From Mobula hypostoma (lineage: Eukaryota): 64,000 bases of DNA. The translations under genes were made by a program, and so were the position numbers. The notes beneath the pieces are model-generated. The model did no database searches. It saw nothing but the letters and a program-made list of their open reading frames with translations, and was not told the DNA's origin. This document shows, one piece after another, positions 1 through 16,800 of the stretch; the first letter of the stretch is position 1; the number at the start of each line of letters is the position of its first letter. The stretch is taken from positions 93,622,001 through 93,686,000 of the forward strand of contig NC_086107.1 in NCBI RefSeq assembly GCF_963921235.1. The letters are read 5' to 3'.

Positions 1-710
1 GGGTGTCATTATACACCAGTCATTGAAAGTGGGCATGCAGGTACAGCAGGCGGTGAAAAAGGTGAATGGTATGCTGGCATTCATAGCAAGAGGATTCGAG
101 TACAGGAGCAAGGAGGTACTACTGCAGTTGTACAAGGCCTTGGTGAGACCACACCTGGAGTATTGTGTGCAGTTTTGGTCCCCTAATCTGAGGAAAGACA
201 TTCTTGCCATAGAGGGAGTACAAAGAAGGTTCACCAGATTGATTCCTGGGATGGCAGGACTTTTATATGATGAAAGACTGGATCGACTGGGCTTATACTC
301 ATTGGAATTTAGAAGATTGAGGGGGGATCTTATTGAAACATATAAAATCCTAAAGGGATTGGACAGGCTAGATGAAGCAAGATTGTTCCCGATGTTGGGG
401 AAGTCCATAACGAGGAGTCACAGTTTGAGGATAAAGGGGAAGCCTTTTAGGACCGAGATTAGGTAAAACTTCTTCACACAGAGAGTGGTGAATCTGTGGA
501 ATTCTCTGCCACAGGAAACAGTTGAGGCCAGTACATTCGCTATATTTAAGAGGGAGTTAGATATGGCCCTTGTGGCTAAAGGGATCAGGGGGTATGGAGG
601 GAAGGCTGGTACAGGATTCTGAGTTGGATGATCAGCCATGATCATACTGAATGGTGGTGCAGGCTCGAAGGGCCAAATAGCCTACTCCTGCACCTATTTT
701 CTATGTTTCT
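1..710 (+). mobile_element. CR1 LINE 3' fragment (ORF2 RT C-terminus plus 3' UTR)
   Basis: ORF 23-466 has YKALVRPHLEYCVQFWSP and RRLRGDLIETYKILKG, typical of CR1 ORF2; ends in the CR1 tail cctactcctgcacctattttctatgtttcta. Confidence 0.93.
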
Positions 711-1385
711 AAACACTACCTCATGGCTCTTGAACTCAAACCTGCAACACACCACACACCTTCTTAACCACCCTATCAACTTGTGCAGCTACTTTGAGGG
801 AACTATGGACATGGACTCCAAGATCCCTCTGTTCCTCCACACTGCGAAGAACCCTGCCATTAACCCTGTACTCTACCTTCAAGTTCAACCTACCAAAGTG
901 AATCACTTCTTACTTTTCCAGATTGGACTCATTCTGCTACTTCTCAACACAACTCTGTATCCTATCATGCCCTGTTGTACAACCTTCTACACAATCTGCA
1001 ACTCCACCATCTAAGGTGTTGGCATATTTACCTTCATCTGTCAGGGTATTAAATACAAGAGAAGGGATGCCATTCTACAATTGTAAAGATACTGGTGAAA
1101 CTGAAGTTGAAGGAGAATTATGTTCTGGTCACCCCGCTGTAGGAAGAATATCTTTAAGCTGGAAAATGTGTATAAAATATTGAGACCATAAGACATAGGA
1201 GCAGAATTAGAGCATTTGGCTAATTTATTATCTCTCTCAACACCATTCTTCAGCCTTCTTCCCAAAGCCTTTGATGCCTTTGCAAATCAAGAACCTATCA
1301 ACCTTTGCTTTAAATATACCCAATGCCTTGGCCTCCACAGGCATCTGTGGCAATGAATTCCATATATTCACCTCTCTCTTGCTGC
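711..1385. mobile_element. Three degenerate CR1 fragments (-, +, -)
   Basis: 711-1010 is antisense RT (IEFKSHEV-like); 1010-1180 is a sense RT remnant; 1182-1385 is an antisense 3' tail starting gaccataagacataggagcagaattag. Confidence 0.75.
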
Positions 1386-1487
1386 ATCTACAGTTTCTGG
1401 CAATAGATTTAGATAAGGAGAGGGGGTAGAAGGCCCAGGAGAGCATAAATGTCACCGGAGCCTTGTGGATCTAAAAATCTCTCCTAG

Positions 1488-1560
1488 TGCCATATACGTA
1501 CGGTTCAATGTGCAGAAATTAAGAGACTATTTAACAAGGCTGGAAAACCTGCACCTCAAG
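1488..1560 (+). CDS. Candidate coding exon of an unidentified + strand gene
   Basis: Non-repeat island with acceptor ctctcctag and donor AAG|GTGATG. Two frames are open (AIYVRFNVQKLRDYLTRLENLHLK or CHIRTVQCAEIKRLFNKAGKPAPQ). Confidence 0.4.
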
Positions 1561-1847
1561 GTGATGAACCTACAATGAAGGTTTGGGATTGGGGTTCAGT
1601 GATTCACTCAAAGGATTTTAAAACTGGGGATTATCTATCACACCCAGATGATAGTTGCTGCTCAATCAAAGGGTGTGTAAAAGACTGTGGAGAGAGAGAA
1701 TTCACATGCAGTCCAGGGATCACCTTCTAAACAAACAGTGTTTTTCGAACAATCCGACAACAACAGTGAAAGCACTCATCCCACAATAAACAGTCCCCAA
1801 TCCAAAGTTTCCATAATTCTTATATTATTTCTTATCAACCTCACCTG

Positions 1848-4800
1848 ACTATCTCTGCCCCACATGTACTGTCCCCCACTATTCTACCCCACATGGACTG
1901 TGTCCCCACTATCTCAACCCCACATGGACTCTATCCCCACTATCTCTAACCCACATATACTCTATCCCCCACGATCTCTACCCCACAAGGACTGTATCCC
2001 CACTATCTCTACCCCACATGGACTGTATCCCCACTATCCCTACCCCACATGGACTCTATCCTCACTATCTCTACCCAACATGGACTCTAACGCCCACTAT
2101 CTCTACCCCACATGGACTCTATCCCCACTATCTCTACCCCACATGTACTGTATCCCCACTATCTCTACCCCACATGGACTCTATCCTCCACTATCTCTAC
2201 CCCACATGTACTCTATCCCCCACAATCGCTACCCCACATGGACTCTATCCCCACTATCTCTACTCCACATGTACTGTATCCCCACTATCTCTAACCCACA
2301 TATACTCTATCCCCACTATCTCTAACCCACAGGGGCTGTATCCCCACTATCTCTACCCCACATGGACTCTATCCCCACTATCTCTACCCCACATGGACTC
2401 TATCCCCCACTATCTCTACCCCACATATACTCTATCGCCACTATCTCTACCCCACAGGGACTGTATCCCCACTATCTCTACCCCACATGGATTGTATCCC
2501 CACTATCTCCACACCACATATATTCGACCCCCACTATCTCTACCCCACATGGACTCTGTCCCCACTATTTCTACCCCACATGGACTATCCCCCACTATCT
2601 CTACCCCACATGTACTCTATCCCCCACTATCTCTACCCCACATGGACTGAATCCCCACTATCTCTACCCCACATGTACTCTATCCCCACTATCTCTACCC
2701 CACCTGGACTGTATCCCCCACTATCTCTACCCCACATGGACTGTGTCTCCACTATCTCTACCCCACAGGGGCTGTATCCCCACTATCTCTACCCCACATG
2801 GACTCTATCCCCACTATCTCTACCCCACATGGACTCCATCTCCCACTATCTCTACCCCACATATACTCTATCGCCACTATCTCTACCCCACAGGGACTCT
2901 ATCCCCACTATCTCTACCCCACATGGCCTCTATCCCCCACTATCTCTATCCCACAGGGACTCTATCCCCACTATCTCTACCCCACAGGGACTGTATCCCC
3001 ACTATCTCTACCCCACATGTACTTTATCCCCACTACCTCTACCCCACAGGGACTGTATCCTCACTATCTCTACCCCACATGGACTCTATCCTCCACTATC
3101 TCTACCCCACATGTACTCTATCCCCCACAATCGCTACCCCACATGGACTCTATCCCCACTATCTCTACTCCACATGTACTGTATCCCCACTATCTCTAAC
3201 CCACATATACTCTATCCCCACTATCTCTAACCCACAGGGGCTGTATCCCCACTATCTCTACCCCACATGGACTCTATCCCCACTATCTCTACCCCACATG
3301 GACTCTATCCCCCACTATCTCTACCCCACATATACTCTATCGCCACTATCTCTACCCCACAGGGACTGTATCCCCACTATCTCTACCCCACATGGACTCT
3401 ATCCCCACTATCTCCACTCCACATATATTCGACCCCCACTATCTCTACCCCACATGGACTCTGTCCCCACTATCTCTACCCCACATGGACTATCCCCCAC
3501 TATCTCTACCCCACATGTACTCTATCCCCCACTATCTCTACCCCACATGGACTGTATCCCCACTATCTCTACCCCACATGTACTCTATCCCCACTATCTC
3601 TACCCCACCTGGACTGTACCCCCCACTATCTCTACCCCACATGGACTGTGTCCCCACTATCTCTACCCCACAGGGGCTGTATCCCCACTATCTCTACCCC
3701 ACATGGACTCTATCCCCACTATCTCTACCCCACATGGACTCCATCTCCCACTATCTCTACCCCACATATACTCTATCGCCACTATCTCTACCCCACAGGG
3801 ACTCTATCCCCACTATCTCTACCCCACATGGCCTCTATCCCCCACTATCTCTATCCCACAGGGACTCTATCCCCACTATCTCTACCCCACAGGGACTGTA
3901 TCCCCACTATCTCTACCCCACATGTACTTTATCCCCACTACCTCTACCCCACAGGGACTGTATCCTCACTATCTCTACCCCACATGGACTCTATCCCCAC
4001 TATCTCTACACCACATGGACTCTATCCCTACTATCTCTACCCCACATATACTCTATCCCCCACTATCTCTACCCCACAAGGACTGTATCCCCCACTATCT
4101 CTACCCAACATGGACTGTGTCCCCACTCTCTCTACCCCACAGGTACTGTATCCCCACTATCTCTACCCCACATGTACTCTATCCCCCACCATCTCTACCC
4201 CACATGGAACCTATCCCCACTATCTCTACCCCACATGTACTCTGTCCCCCACTATCTCTACCCCACATGGACTGTATCCCCACTATCGCTACCCCACATG
4301 GACTCTATCCCCCACTATCTCTACCCCACATATACTCTGTCCCCCACTATCTCGACCCCACATGGACTCTAACGCCCACTATCTCTACCCCACATGGACT
4401 CTATCCCCACTATCTCTACCCCACATGTACTGTATCCCCACTATCTCTACCCCACATGGACTCTATCCTCCACTATCTCTACCCCACATGTACTCTATCC
4501 CCCACAATCGCTACCCCACATGGACTCTATCCCCACTATCTCTACTCCACATGTACTGTATCCCCACTATCTCTAACCCACATATACTCTATCCCCACTA
4601 CCTGTACCCCACATGGACTGTATCCCCACTATCTCTAACACACATGGACTCTATCCCCATTATCTCTACCCCACCTGGAATGTATCCCCCACTATCTCTA
4701 CCCCACATGGACTGTGTCCCCACTATCTCTACCCCACAGGGGCTGTATCCCCACTATCTCTACCCCACATGGACTCTATCCCCACTATCTCTACCCCACA

Positions 4801-7800
4801 TGGACTCTATCCCCCACTATCTCTACCCCACATATACTCTATCCCCACTATCTCTACCCCACATGGACTGTATCCCCACTATCTCTACCCCACATGGACT
4901 CTATCCCCACTATCTCTACCCCACATGGACTATCCCCCACTATCTCTACCCCACATGTACTCTATCCCCCACTATCTCTACCCCACATGGACTGTATCCC
5001 CACTATCTCTACCCCACATGTACTCTATCCCCACTATCTCTACCCCACCTGGACTGTATCCCCCACTATCTCTACCCCACATGGACTGTGTCCCCACTAT
5101 CTCTACCCCACAGGGGCTGTATCCCCACTATCTCTACCCCACATGGACTCTATCCCCACTATCTCTACCCCACATATACTCTATCGCCACTATCTCTACC
5201 CCACAGGGACTCTATCCCCACTATCTCTACCCCACATGGACTCTATCCCCCACTATCTCTATCCCACAGGGACTCTATCCCCACTATCTCTACCCCACAG
5301 GGACTGTATCCCCACTATCTCTACCCCACATGTACTTTATCCCCACTACCTCTACCCCACAGGGACTGTATCCTCACTATCTCTACCCCACATGGACTCT
5401 ATCCCCACTATCTCTACACCACATCGACTCTATCCCCACTATCTCTACCCCACATATACTCTATCCCCCACTATCTCTACCCCACATGGACTGTATCCCC
5501 ACTATCGCTACCCCACATGGACTCTATCCCCCACTATCTCTACCCCACATATACTCTGTCCACCACTATCTCTACCCCACATGGACTGTATCCCCACTAT
5601 CTCTACCCCACATGGACTCTATCCCCACTATCTCTACCCCACATATACTCTATCCCCCACTATCTCTACCCCACATGGACTCTATCCCCACTATCTCTAC
5701 CCCACATGGACTATCCCCCACTATCTCAACCCCACATGTACTCGATCCCCCACTATCTCTACCCCACATAGACTGTATCCCCACTATCTCTACCCCACAT
5801 GGACTGTATCCCCACTATCCCTACCCCACATGGACTCTATCCCCACTATCTCTACGCCACATGGACTCTAACACCCACTATCTCTACCCCACATGGACTC
5901 TAACCCCCACTATCTCTACCCCACATGGACTCTATCCCACACTATCTCTACCCCACATGGACTCTACCCCCACTATCTCTACCCCACATGTACTCTATCC
6001 CCCACTATCTCTACCCCACATGGACTGTATCCCCACTATCTGTACCCCACATGGACTCTATCCCCATTATCTCTACCCCACCTGGACTGTATCCCCCACT
6101 ATCTCTACCCCACATGGACTGTGTCCCCACTATCTCTACCCCACAGGGGCTGTATCCCCACTATCTCTACCCCACATGGACTCTATCCCCACTATCTCTA
6201 CCCCACATGGACTCTATCCCCCACTATCTCTACCCCACATATACTCTATCGCCACTATCTCTACCCCACAGGGACTGTATCCCCACTATCTCTACCCCAC
6301 ATGGACTGTGTCCCCACTATCTCTACCCCACAGGGGCTGTATCCCCACTATCTCTACCCCACATGGACTCTATCCCCACTATCTCTACCCCACATATACT
6401 CTATCGCCACTATCTCTACCCCACAGGGACTCTATCCCCACTATCTCTACCCCACATGGACTCTATCCCCCACTATCTCTATCCCACAGGGACTCTATCC
6501 CCACTATCTCTACCCCACAGGGACTGTATCCCCACTATCTCTACCCCACATGTACTTTATCCCCACTACCTCTACCCCACAGGGACTGTATCCTCACTAT
6601 CTCTACCCCACATGGACTCTATCCCCACTATCTCTACACCACATGGACTCTATCCCTACTATCTCTACCCCAGATATACTCTGTCCCCCACTATCTCTAC
6701 CCCACATGGACTGTATCCCCACTATCGCTACCCCACATGGACTCTATCCCCCACTATCTCTACCCCACATATACTCTGTCCACCACTATCTCTACCCCAC
6801 ATGGACTGTATCCCCACTATCTCTACCCCACATGGACTCTATCCCCACTATCTCTACCCCACATATACTCTATCCCCCACTATCTCTACCCCACATGGAC
6901 TCTATCCCACACTATCTCTACCCCACATGTACTCTATCCCCCACTATCTCAACCCCACATGTACTCGATCCCCCACTATCTCTACCCCACATAGACTGTA
7001 TCCCCACTATCTCTACCCCACATGGACTGTATCCCCACTATCCCTACCCCACATGGACTCTATCCCCACTATCTCTACGCCACATGGACTCTAACACCCA
7101 CTATCTCTACCCCACATGGACTCTAACCCCCACTATCTCTACCCCACATGGACTCTATCCCACACTATCTCTACCCCACATGTACTCTACCCCCACTATC
7201 TCTACCCCACATGTACTCTATCCCCCACTATCTCTACCCCACATGGACTGTATCCCCACTATCTGTACCCCACATGGACTCTATCCCCATTATCTCTACC
7301 CCACCTGGACTGTATCCCCCACTATCTCTACCCCACATGGACTGTGTCCCCACTATCTCTACCCCACAGGAGCTGTATCCCCACTATCTCTACCCCACAT
7401 GGACTCTATCCCCACTATCTCTACCCCACATGGACTCTATCCCCCACTATCTCTACCCCACATATACTCTATCGCCACTATCTCTACCCCACAGGGACTG
7501 TATCCCCACTATCTCTACCCCACATGGACTCTATCCCCAGTATCTCTACACCACATGGACTCTATCCCTACTATCTCTACCCCACATGAACTCTGTGCCC
7601 CACTATCTCTACCCCACATGGACTGTATCCCCACTATCTCTACCCCACATGGACTCTATCCCCACTATCTCCACTCCACATATATTCGACCCCCACTATC
7701 TCTACCCCACATGGACTCTGTCCCCACTATCTCTACCCCACATGGACTATCCCCCACTATCTCTACCCCACATGTACTCTATCCCCCACTATCTCTACCC

Positions 7801-10800
7801 CACATGGACTGTATCCCCACTATCTCTACCCCACATGTACTCTATCCCCACTATCTCTACCCCACATGGACTCTATCCCCCACTCTCTCTACCCCACAGG
7901 TACTGTATCCCCACTATCTCTACCCCACATGTACTCTATCCCCCACCATCTCTACCCCACATGGAACCTATCCCCACTATCTCTACCCCACATGTACTCT
8001 GTCCCCCACTATCTCTACCCCACATGGACTGTATCCCCACTATCGCTACCCCACATGGACTCTATCCCCCACTATCTCTACCCTACATATACTCTGTCCC
8101 CCACTATCTCTACCCCACATGGACTGTATCCCCACTATCTCTACCCCACATATACTCTATCCCCCACTATCTCTACCCCACATGGACTCTATCCCCACTA
8201 TCTCAACCCCACATGTACTCGATCCCCCACTATCTCTACCCCACATAGACTGTATCCCCACTATCTCTACCCCACATGGACTCTATCCCCACTATCTCTA
8301 CGCCACATGGACTCTAACGCCCACTATCTCTACCCCACATGGACTCTAACCCCCACTATCTCTACCCCACATGTACTCTATCCCCCACTATCTCTACCTC
8401 ACATGGAACCTATCCCCACTATCTCTACTCCACATATACTCTACCCCCACTATCTCTACCCCACATGTACTCTATCCCCCACTATCTCTACCCCACATGG
8501 ACTGTATCCCCACTATCTCTACCCCACATGGATTCTATCCCCATTAACTCTACCCAACCTGGACTGTATCCCCCACTATCTCTACCCCACATGGACTGTG
8601 TCCCCACTATCTCTACCCCACAGGGGCTGTATCCCCACTATCTCTACCCCACATGGACTCTATCCCCACTATCTCTACCCCACATGGACTCTATCCCCCA
8701 CTATCTCTACCCCACATATACTCTATCGCCACTATCTCTACCCCACAGGGACTGTATCCCCATTATCTCTACCCCACCTGGACTGTATCCCCCACTATCT
8801 CTACCCCACATGGACTGTGTCCCCACTATCTCTACCCCACAGGGGCTGTATCCCCACTATCTCTACCCCACATGGACTCTATCCCCACTATCTCTACCCC
8901 ACATGGACTCTATCCCCCACTATCTCTACCCCACATATACTCTATCGCCACTATCTCTACCCCACAGGGACTGTATCCCCACTATCTCTACCCCACATGG
9001 ACTCTATCCCCACTATCTCTACCCCACATGGACTCTATCCCCCACTATCTCTACCCCACATATACTCTATCGCCACTATCTCTACCCCACAGGGACTGTA
9101 TCCCCACTATCTCTACCCCACATGGACTCTATCCCCACTATCTCTACACCACATGGACTCTATCCCTACTATCTCTACCCCACATATACTCTATCCCCCA
9201 CTATCTCTACCCCACAAGGACTGTATCCCCCACTATCTCTACCCAACATGGACTGTGTCCCCACTCTCTCTACCCCACAGGTACTGTATCCCCACTATCT
9301 CTACCCCACATGTACTCTATCCCCCACCATCTCTACCCCACATGGAACCTATCCCCACTATCTCTACCCCACATGTACTCTGTCCCCCACTATCTCTACC
9401 CCACATGGACTGTATCCCCACTATCGCTACCCCACATGGACTCTATCCCCCACTATCTCTACCCCACATATACTCTGTCCCCCACTATCTCTACCCCACA
9501 TGGACTCTATCCCCACTATCTCTACCCCACATGTACTGTATCCCCACTATCTCTACCCCACATGGACTGTATCCCCCACTATCTCTACCCCACATGTACT
9601 CTATCCCCCACTATCTCTACCCCACATGGACTCTATCCCCACTATCTCTACTCCACATGTACTGTATCCCCACTATCTCTAACCCACATATACTCTATCC
9701 CCACTACCTGTACCCCACATGGACTGTATCCCCACTATCTCTAACACACATGGACTCTATCCCCATTATCTCTACCCCACCTGGAATGTATCCCCCACTA
9801 TCTCTACCCCACATGGACTGTGTCCCCACTATCTCTACCCCACAGGGGCTGTATCCCCACTATCTCTACCCCACATGGACTCTATCCCCACTATCTCTAC
9901 CCCACATGGACTCTATCCCCCACTATCTCTACCCCACATATACTCTATCCCCACTATCTCTACCCCACATGGACTGTATCCCCACTATCTCTACCCAACA
10001 TGGACTCTGTCCCCACTATCTCTACCCCACATGGACTATCCCGCACTATCTCTACCCCACATGTACTCTATCCCCCACTATCTCTACCCCACATGGACTG
10101 TATCCCCACTATCTCTACCCCACATGTACTCTATCCCCACTATCTCTACCCCACATGGACTGTATCCCCCACTATCTCTACCCCACATGGACTGTGTCCC
10201 TCACTATCTCTACCCCACAGTGACTGTATCCCCACTATCTCTACCCCACATGGACTCTATCCCCACTATCTCTACCCCACATATACTCTATTGCCACTAT
10301 CTCTACCCCACAGGGACTCTATCCCCACTATCTCTACCCCACATGGCCTCTATCCCCCACTATCTCTATCCCACAGGGACTCTATCCCCACTATCTCTAC
10401 CCCACATGGACTGTATCCCCACTATCTCTACCCCACATGGACTCTATCCCCACTATCTCTACCCCACATATACTCTATCCCCCACTATCTCTACCCCACA
10501 TGGACTCTATCCCCACTATCTCTACCCCACATGGACTATCCCCCACTATCTCTACCCCACATGTACTCGATCCCCCACTATCTCTACCCCACATAGACTG
10601 TATCCCCACTATCTCTACCCCACATGGACTGTATCCCCACTATCTCTACCCCACATGGACTCTATCCCCACTATCTCTACCCCACATGGACTCTATCCCC
10701 ACTATCTCTACCCCACATGGACTCTAACCCCCACTATCTCTACCCCACATGGACTCTATCCCCCACTATCTCTACCCCACATATACTCTATCGCCACTAT

Positions 10801-13800
10801 CTCTACCCCACATGTACTCTATCCCCCACTATCTCTACCCCACATGGACTGTATCCCCACTATCTGTACCCCACATGGACTCTATCCCCATTATCTCTAC
10901 CCCACCTGGACTGTATCCCCCACTATCTCTACCCCACATGGACTGTGTCCCCACTATCTCTACCCCACAGGGGCTGTATCCCCACTATCTCTACCCCACA
11001 TGGACTCTATCCCCACTATCTCTACCCCACATGGACTCTATCCCCCACTATCTCTACCCCACATATACTCTATCGCCACTATCTCTACCCCACAGGGACT
11101 GTATCCCCACTATCTCTACCCCACATGGACTCTATCCCCAGTATCTCTACACCACATGGACTCTATCCCTACTATCTCTACCCCACATGGACTCTATCCC
11201 CACTATCTCCACTCCACATATATTCGACCCCCACTATCTCTACCCCACATGGACTCTGTCCCCACTATCTCTACCCCACATGGACTATCCCCCACTATCT
11301 CTACCCCACATGTACTCTATCCCCCACTATCTCTACCCCACATGGACTGTATCCCCACTATCTCTACCCCACATGGACTCTATCCCCACTATCTCTACCC
11401 CACATGGACTCTATCCCCCACTCTCTCTACCCCACAGGTACTGTATCCCCACTATCTCTACCCCACATGTACTCTATCCCCCACCATCTCTACCCCACAT
11501 GGAACCTATCCCCACTATCTCTACCCCACATGTACTCTGTCCCCCACTATCTCTACCCCACATGGACTGTATCCCCACTATCGCTACCCCACATGGACTC
11601 TATCCCCCACTATCTCTACCCCACATATACTCTGTCCCCCACTATCTCTACCCCACATGGACTCTATCCCCACTATCTCTACCCCACATATACTCTATCC
11701 CCCACTATCTCTACCCCACATGGACTCTATCCCCACTATCTCTACCCCACATGGACTCGATCCCCAACTATCTCTACCCCACATATACTCTATCCCCACT
11801 ATCTCTACCCCACATGGACTCTATCCCCACTATCTCTACGCCACATGGACTCTAACCCCCACTATCTCTACCCCACATGGACTCTATCCCACACTATCTC
11901 TACCCCACATGTACTCTATCCCCCACTATCTCTACCTCACATGGAACCTATCCCCACTATCTCTACTCCACATATACTCTACCCCCACTATCTCTACCCC
12001 ACATGTACTCTATCCCCCACTATCTCTACCCCACATGGACTGTATCCCCACTATCTGTACCCCACATGGACTCTATCCCCATTATCTCTACCCCACCTGG
12101 ACTGTATCCCCCACTATCTCTACCCCACATGGACTGTGTCCCCACTATCTCTACCCCACAGGGGCTGTATCCCCACTATCTCTACCCCACAGGGACTGTA
12201 TCCCCACTATTTCTACCCCACATGTACTGTATCCCCCACTATCTCTACCTCACATATACTCTATTGCCACTATCTCTACCCGACAGGGACTGTATCCCCA
12301 TTATCTCTACCCCACCTGGACTGTATCCCCCACTATCTCTACCCCACATGGACTGTGTCCCCACTATCTCTACCCCACAGGGGCTGTATCCCCACTATCT
12401 CTACCCCACATGGACTCTATCCCCACTATCTCTACCCCACATGGACTCTATCCCCCACTATCTCTACCCCACATATACTCTATCGCCACTATCTCTACCC
12501 CACAGGGACTGTATCCCCACTATCTCTACCCCACATGGACTCTATCCCCAGTATCTCTACACCACATGGACTCTATCCCTACTATCTCTACCCCACATGA
12601 ACTCTGTGCCCCACTATCTCTACCCCACATGGACTGTATCCCCACTATCTCTACCCCACATGGACTCTATCCCCACTATCTCCACTCCACATATATTCGA
12701 CCCCCACTATCTCTACCCCACATGGACTCTGTCCCCACTATCTCTACCCCACATGGACTCTATCCCACACTATCTCTACCCCACATGTACTCTATCCCCC
12801 ACTATCTCTACCCCACATGGACTGTATCCCCACTATCTCTACCCCACATGGACTCTATCCCCACTATCTCTACCCCACAGGTACTGTATCCCCACTATCT
12901 CTACCCCACATGTACTCTATCCCCCACTATCTCTACCCCACATGGACTGTGTCCCCACTCTCTCTACCCCACATGTACTCTGTCCCCCACTATCTCTACC
13001 CCACATGGACTGTATCCCCACTATCGCTACCCCACATGGACTCTATCCCCCACTATCTCTACCCTACATATACTCTGTCCACCACTATCTCTACCCCACA
13101 TGGACTGTATCCCCACTATCTCTACCCCACATGGACTCTATCCCCACTATCTCCACTCCACATATATTCGACCCCCACTATCTCTACCCCACATGGACTC
13201 TATCCCCACTATCTCTACCCCACATGGAACCTATCCCCCACTATCTCTACCCCACATGTACTCTATCCCCCACTATCTCTACCCCACATGGACTGTATCC
13301 CCACTATCTCTACCCCACATGGACTCTATCCCCCACTATCTCTACCCCACATGGACTGTATCCCCACTATCTCTACCCCACATGGACTCTATCCCCACTA
13401 TCTCTACCCCACATATACTCTATCCCCCACTATCTCTACCCCACATGGACTGTATCCCCACTATCTCTACCCCACATGGACTCTATCCCCCACTATCTCT
13501 AACCCACATATACTCTATCCCCCACTATCTCTACCCCACATGGACTGTATCCCCCACTATCTCTACCCCACATGGACTCTATCCCCACTATCTCTACCCC
13601 ACATGGACTCTATCCCCACTATCTCTACCCCACATGGACTCTATCCCCCACTATCTCTACCCCACATGGACTCTATCCCCCACTATCTCTACCCCACATG
13701 GACTCTATCCCCACTATCTCTACTCCACATATACTCTACCCCCACTATCTCTACCCCACATGTACTCTATCCCCCACTATCTGTACCCCACATGGACTCT

Positions 13801-16800
13801 ATCCCCATTAACTCTACCCAACCTGGACTGTATCCCCCACTATCTCTACCCCACATGGACTGTGTCCCCACTATCTCTACCCCACAGGGGCTGTATCCGC
13901 ACTATCTCTACCCCACATGGACTCTATCCCCACTATCTCTACCCCACATGGACTCTATCCCCCACTATCTCTAACCCACATATACTCTATCGCCACTATC
14001 TCTACCCGAAAGGGACTGTATCCCCACTATCTCTACCCCACATGGACTGTATCCCCACTATCTGTACCCCACATGGACTCTATCCCCATTATCTCTACCC
14101 CACCTGGACTGTATCCCCCACTATCTCTACCCCACATGGACTGTGTCCCCACTATCTCTACCCCACATGGACTCTATCCCCCACTATCTCTACCCCACAT
14201 GGACTCTATCCCCCACTATCTCTACCCCACATGGACTCTATCCCCACTATCTCTACCCCACATGGACTCTATCCCCACTATCTCTACCCCACATGTACTC
14301 TATCCCCCACTATCTCTACCCCACATGGACTGTATCCCCACTATCTCTACCCCACATGGACTCTATCCCCACTATCTCTAACACCACATATACTCTATCC
14401 CCCACTATCTCTACCCCACATGGACTCTATCCCCACTATCTCTACCCCACATGGACTATCCCCCACTATCTCTACCCCACATGTACTCTATCCCCCACTA
14501 TCTCTACCCCACATGGACTGTATCCCCACTATCTCTACCCCACATGTACTCTATCCCCACTATCTCTACCCCACCTGAACTGTATCGCCCACTATCTCTA
14601 CCCCACATGGACTGTGTCCCCACTATCTCTACCCCACAGGGGCTGTACCCCACTATCTCTACCCCACATGAACTCTATCCCCACTATCTCTACCCCACAT
14701 GGACTCTATCCCCCACTATCTCTATGCCACAGGGACTGTATCCTCATTATCTCTACCCCACATGTACTCTATCCCCCACTATCTCTAACCCACATATACT
14801 CTATCCCCCACTATCTCTACCCCACATGGACTCTATCCCCCACTATCTCTACCCCACATGGACTGTATCCCCACTATCTCTACCCCACATGGACTCTATC
14901 CCTACTATCTCTACCCCACATATACTCTACCCCCACTATCTCTACCCCACATGGACTGTATCCCCCACTATCTCTACCTCACATATACTCTATCCCAACT
15001 ATATCTACCCCACAGCTACTGTATCCCCACTATCTCTTCCCCACATGGACTTTATCCCCACTATCTCTACCCCACATCGACTGTATCCCCCACTATCCCT
15101 CCCCCACATGAACTCTATCCCCTCTATCTCTACCCCACATGGACTCTATCCCCTCTATCTCTACCCCACATGGACTCTATCCTCACTATCTCTACCCCAC
15201 ATATACTCTGTCCGCCACTATCTCTACCCCACATGGACTCTATCCCCACTATCTCTACCCCTCATGGACTCTATCCATACTATCTCTACCCCACATATAC
15301 TCTACCCCAAACTATCTCTACCCCACATGGACTGTATCCACACTATCTCTACCCCACAGGGACTCTATCCCCACTATCTCTACCCCACATGGACTCGATC
15401 CCCCACTGTCCCTACCCCACATGTACTCTATCCCCCACTATCTCTACCCCACATGGACTGTATCCCCACTATCTCTACCCCACATGGACTGTATCCCCAC
15501 TATCTCTACCCCACATGGACTGTATCCCCACTATCTCTACCCCACATGGACTCTATCCCCACTATCTCTACCCCACATGGACTGTATCCCCACTATCTCT
15601 ACCCCACACTCTATCCCACTATCTCTACCCCACAGGACTCTATCCCCACTATCTCTACCCCACATGGACTCTATCCCCACTATCTCTACCACATGATCCC
15701 CACTATCTCTACCCCACATGGACTCTATCCACACTATCTCTACCCCACCCACTATCTCTACCCCCACTATCTCTATCCCCCACTATCTCTACCCCAGATG
15801 GACTGTATCCCCACTATCTCTACCCCACAGGGACTCTATCCCCACTATCTCTACCCCACATGGACTCTATCCCCCACTATCTCTACCCCACATGGACTCT
15901 ATCCCCACTATCTCTACCCCACATGGACTCTATCCATACTATCTCTAACCCACATATACTCTATCCCCCACTATCTCTACCCCACATGGACTGTATCCCC
16001 ACTATCTCTACTATCTCTACCCCACGTATACTCTATCCCCCACTATCTCTACCCCACATGGACTCTATCCTCACTATCTCTACTATCTCTACCCCAAATG
16101 GATTGTATCCCCACTATCTCTACCCCACATCGACTGTATCCCCCACTATCCCTCCCCCACATGAACTCTATCCCCTCTATCTCTACCCCACATGGACTCT
16201 ATCCCCTCTATCTCTACCCCACATGGACTCTATCCTCACTATCTCTACTATCTCTACCCCACATGGATTCTATCCCCTCTATCTCTACCCCTCATGGACT
16301 CTATCCATACTATCTCTACCCCACATATACTCTACCCCAAACTATCTCTACCCCACATGGACTGTATCCCCACTATCTCTACCCCACAGGGACTCTATCC
16401 CCACTATCTCTACCCCACATGGACTCGATCCCCCACTGTCCCTACCCCACATGTACTCTATCCCCCACTATCTCTACCCCACATGGACTCTATCCCCTAC
16501 TATCTCTACCCCACATGGACTCTATCCCCACTATCTCTACCCCACATGGACTGTATCCCCACGATCTCCACCCCATATGGACTCTATCCCCACTATCTCT
16601 ACCCCACATGGACTGTATCCCCACTATCTCTACCCCACATATACTCTATCCCCACTATCTCTACCCCACATGGACTCTATCCCCACTATCTCTACTATCT
16701 CTACCCTACATGGACTCTATCCACACTATCTCTACCCCACATATTCTCTATCCCCCACTATCTCTACCCCAGATGGACTGTATCCCCACTATCTCTACCC

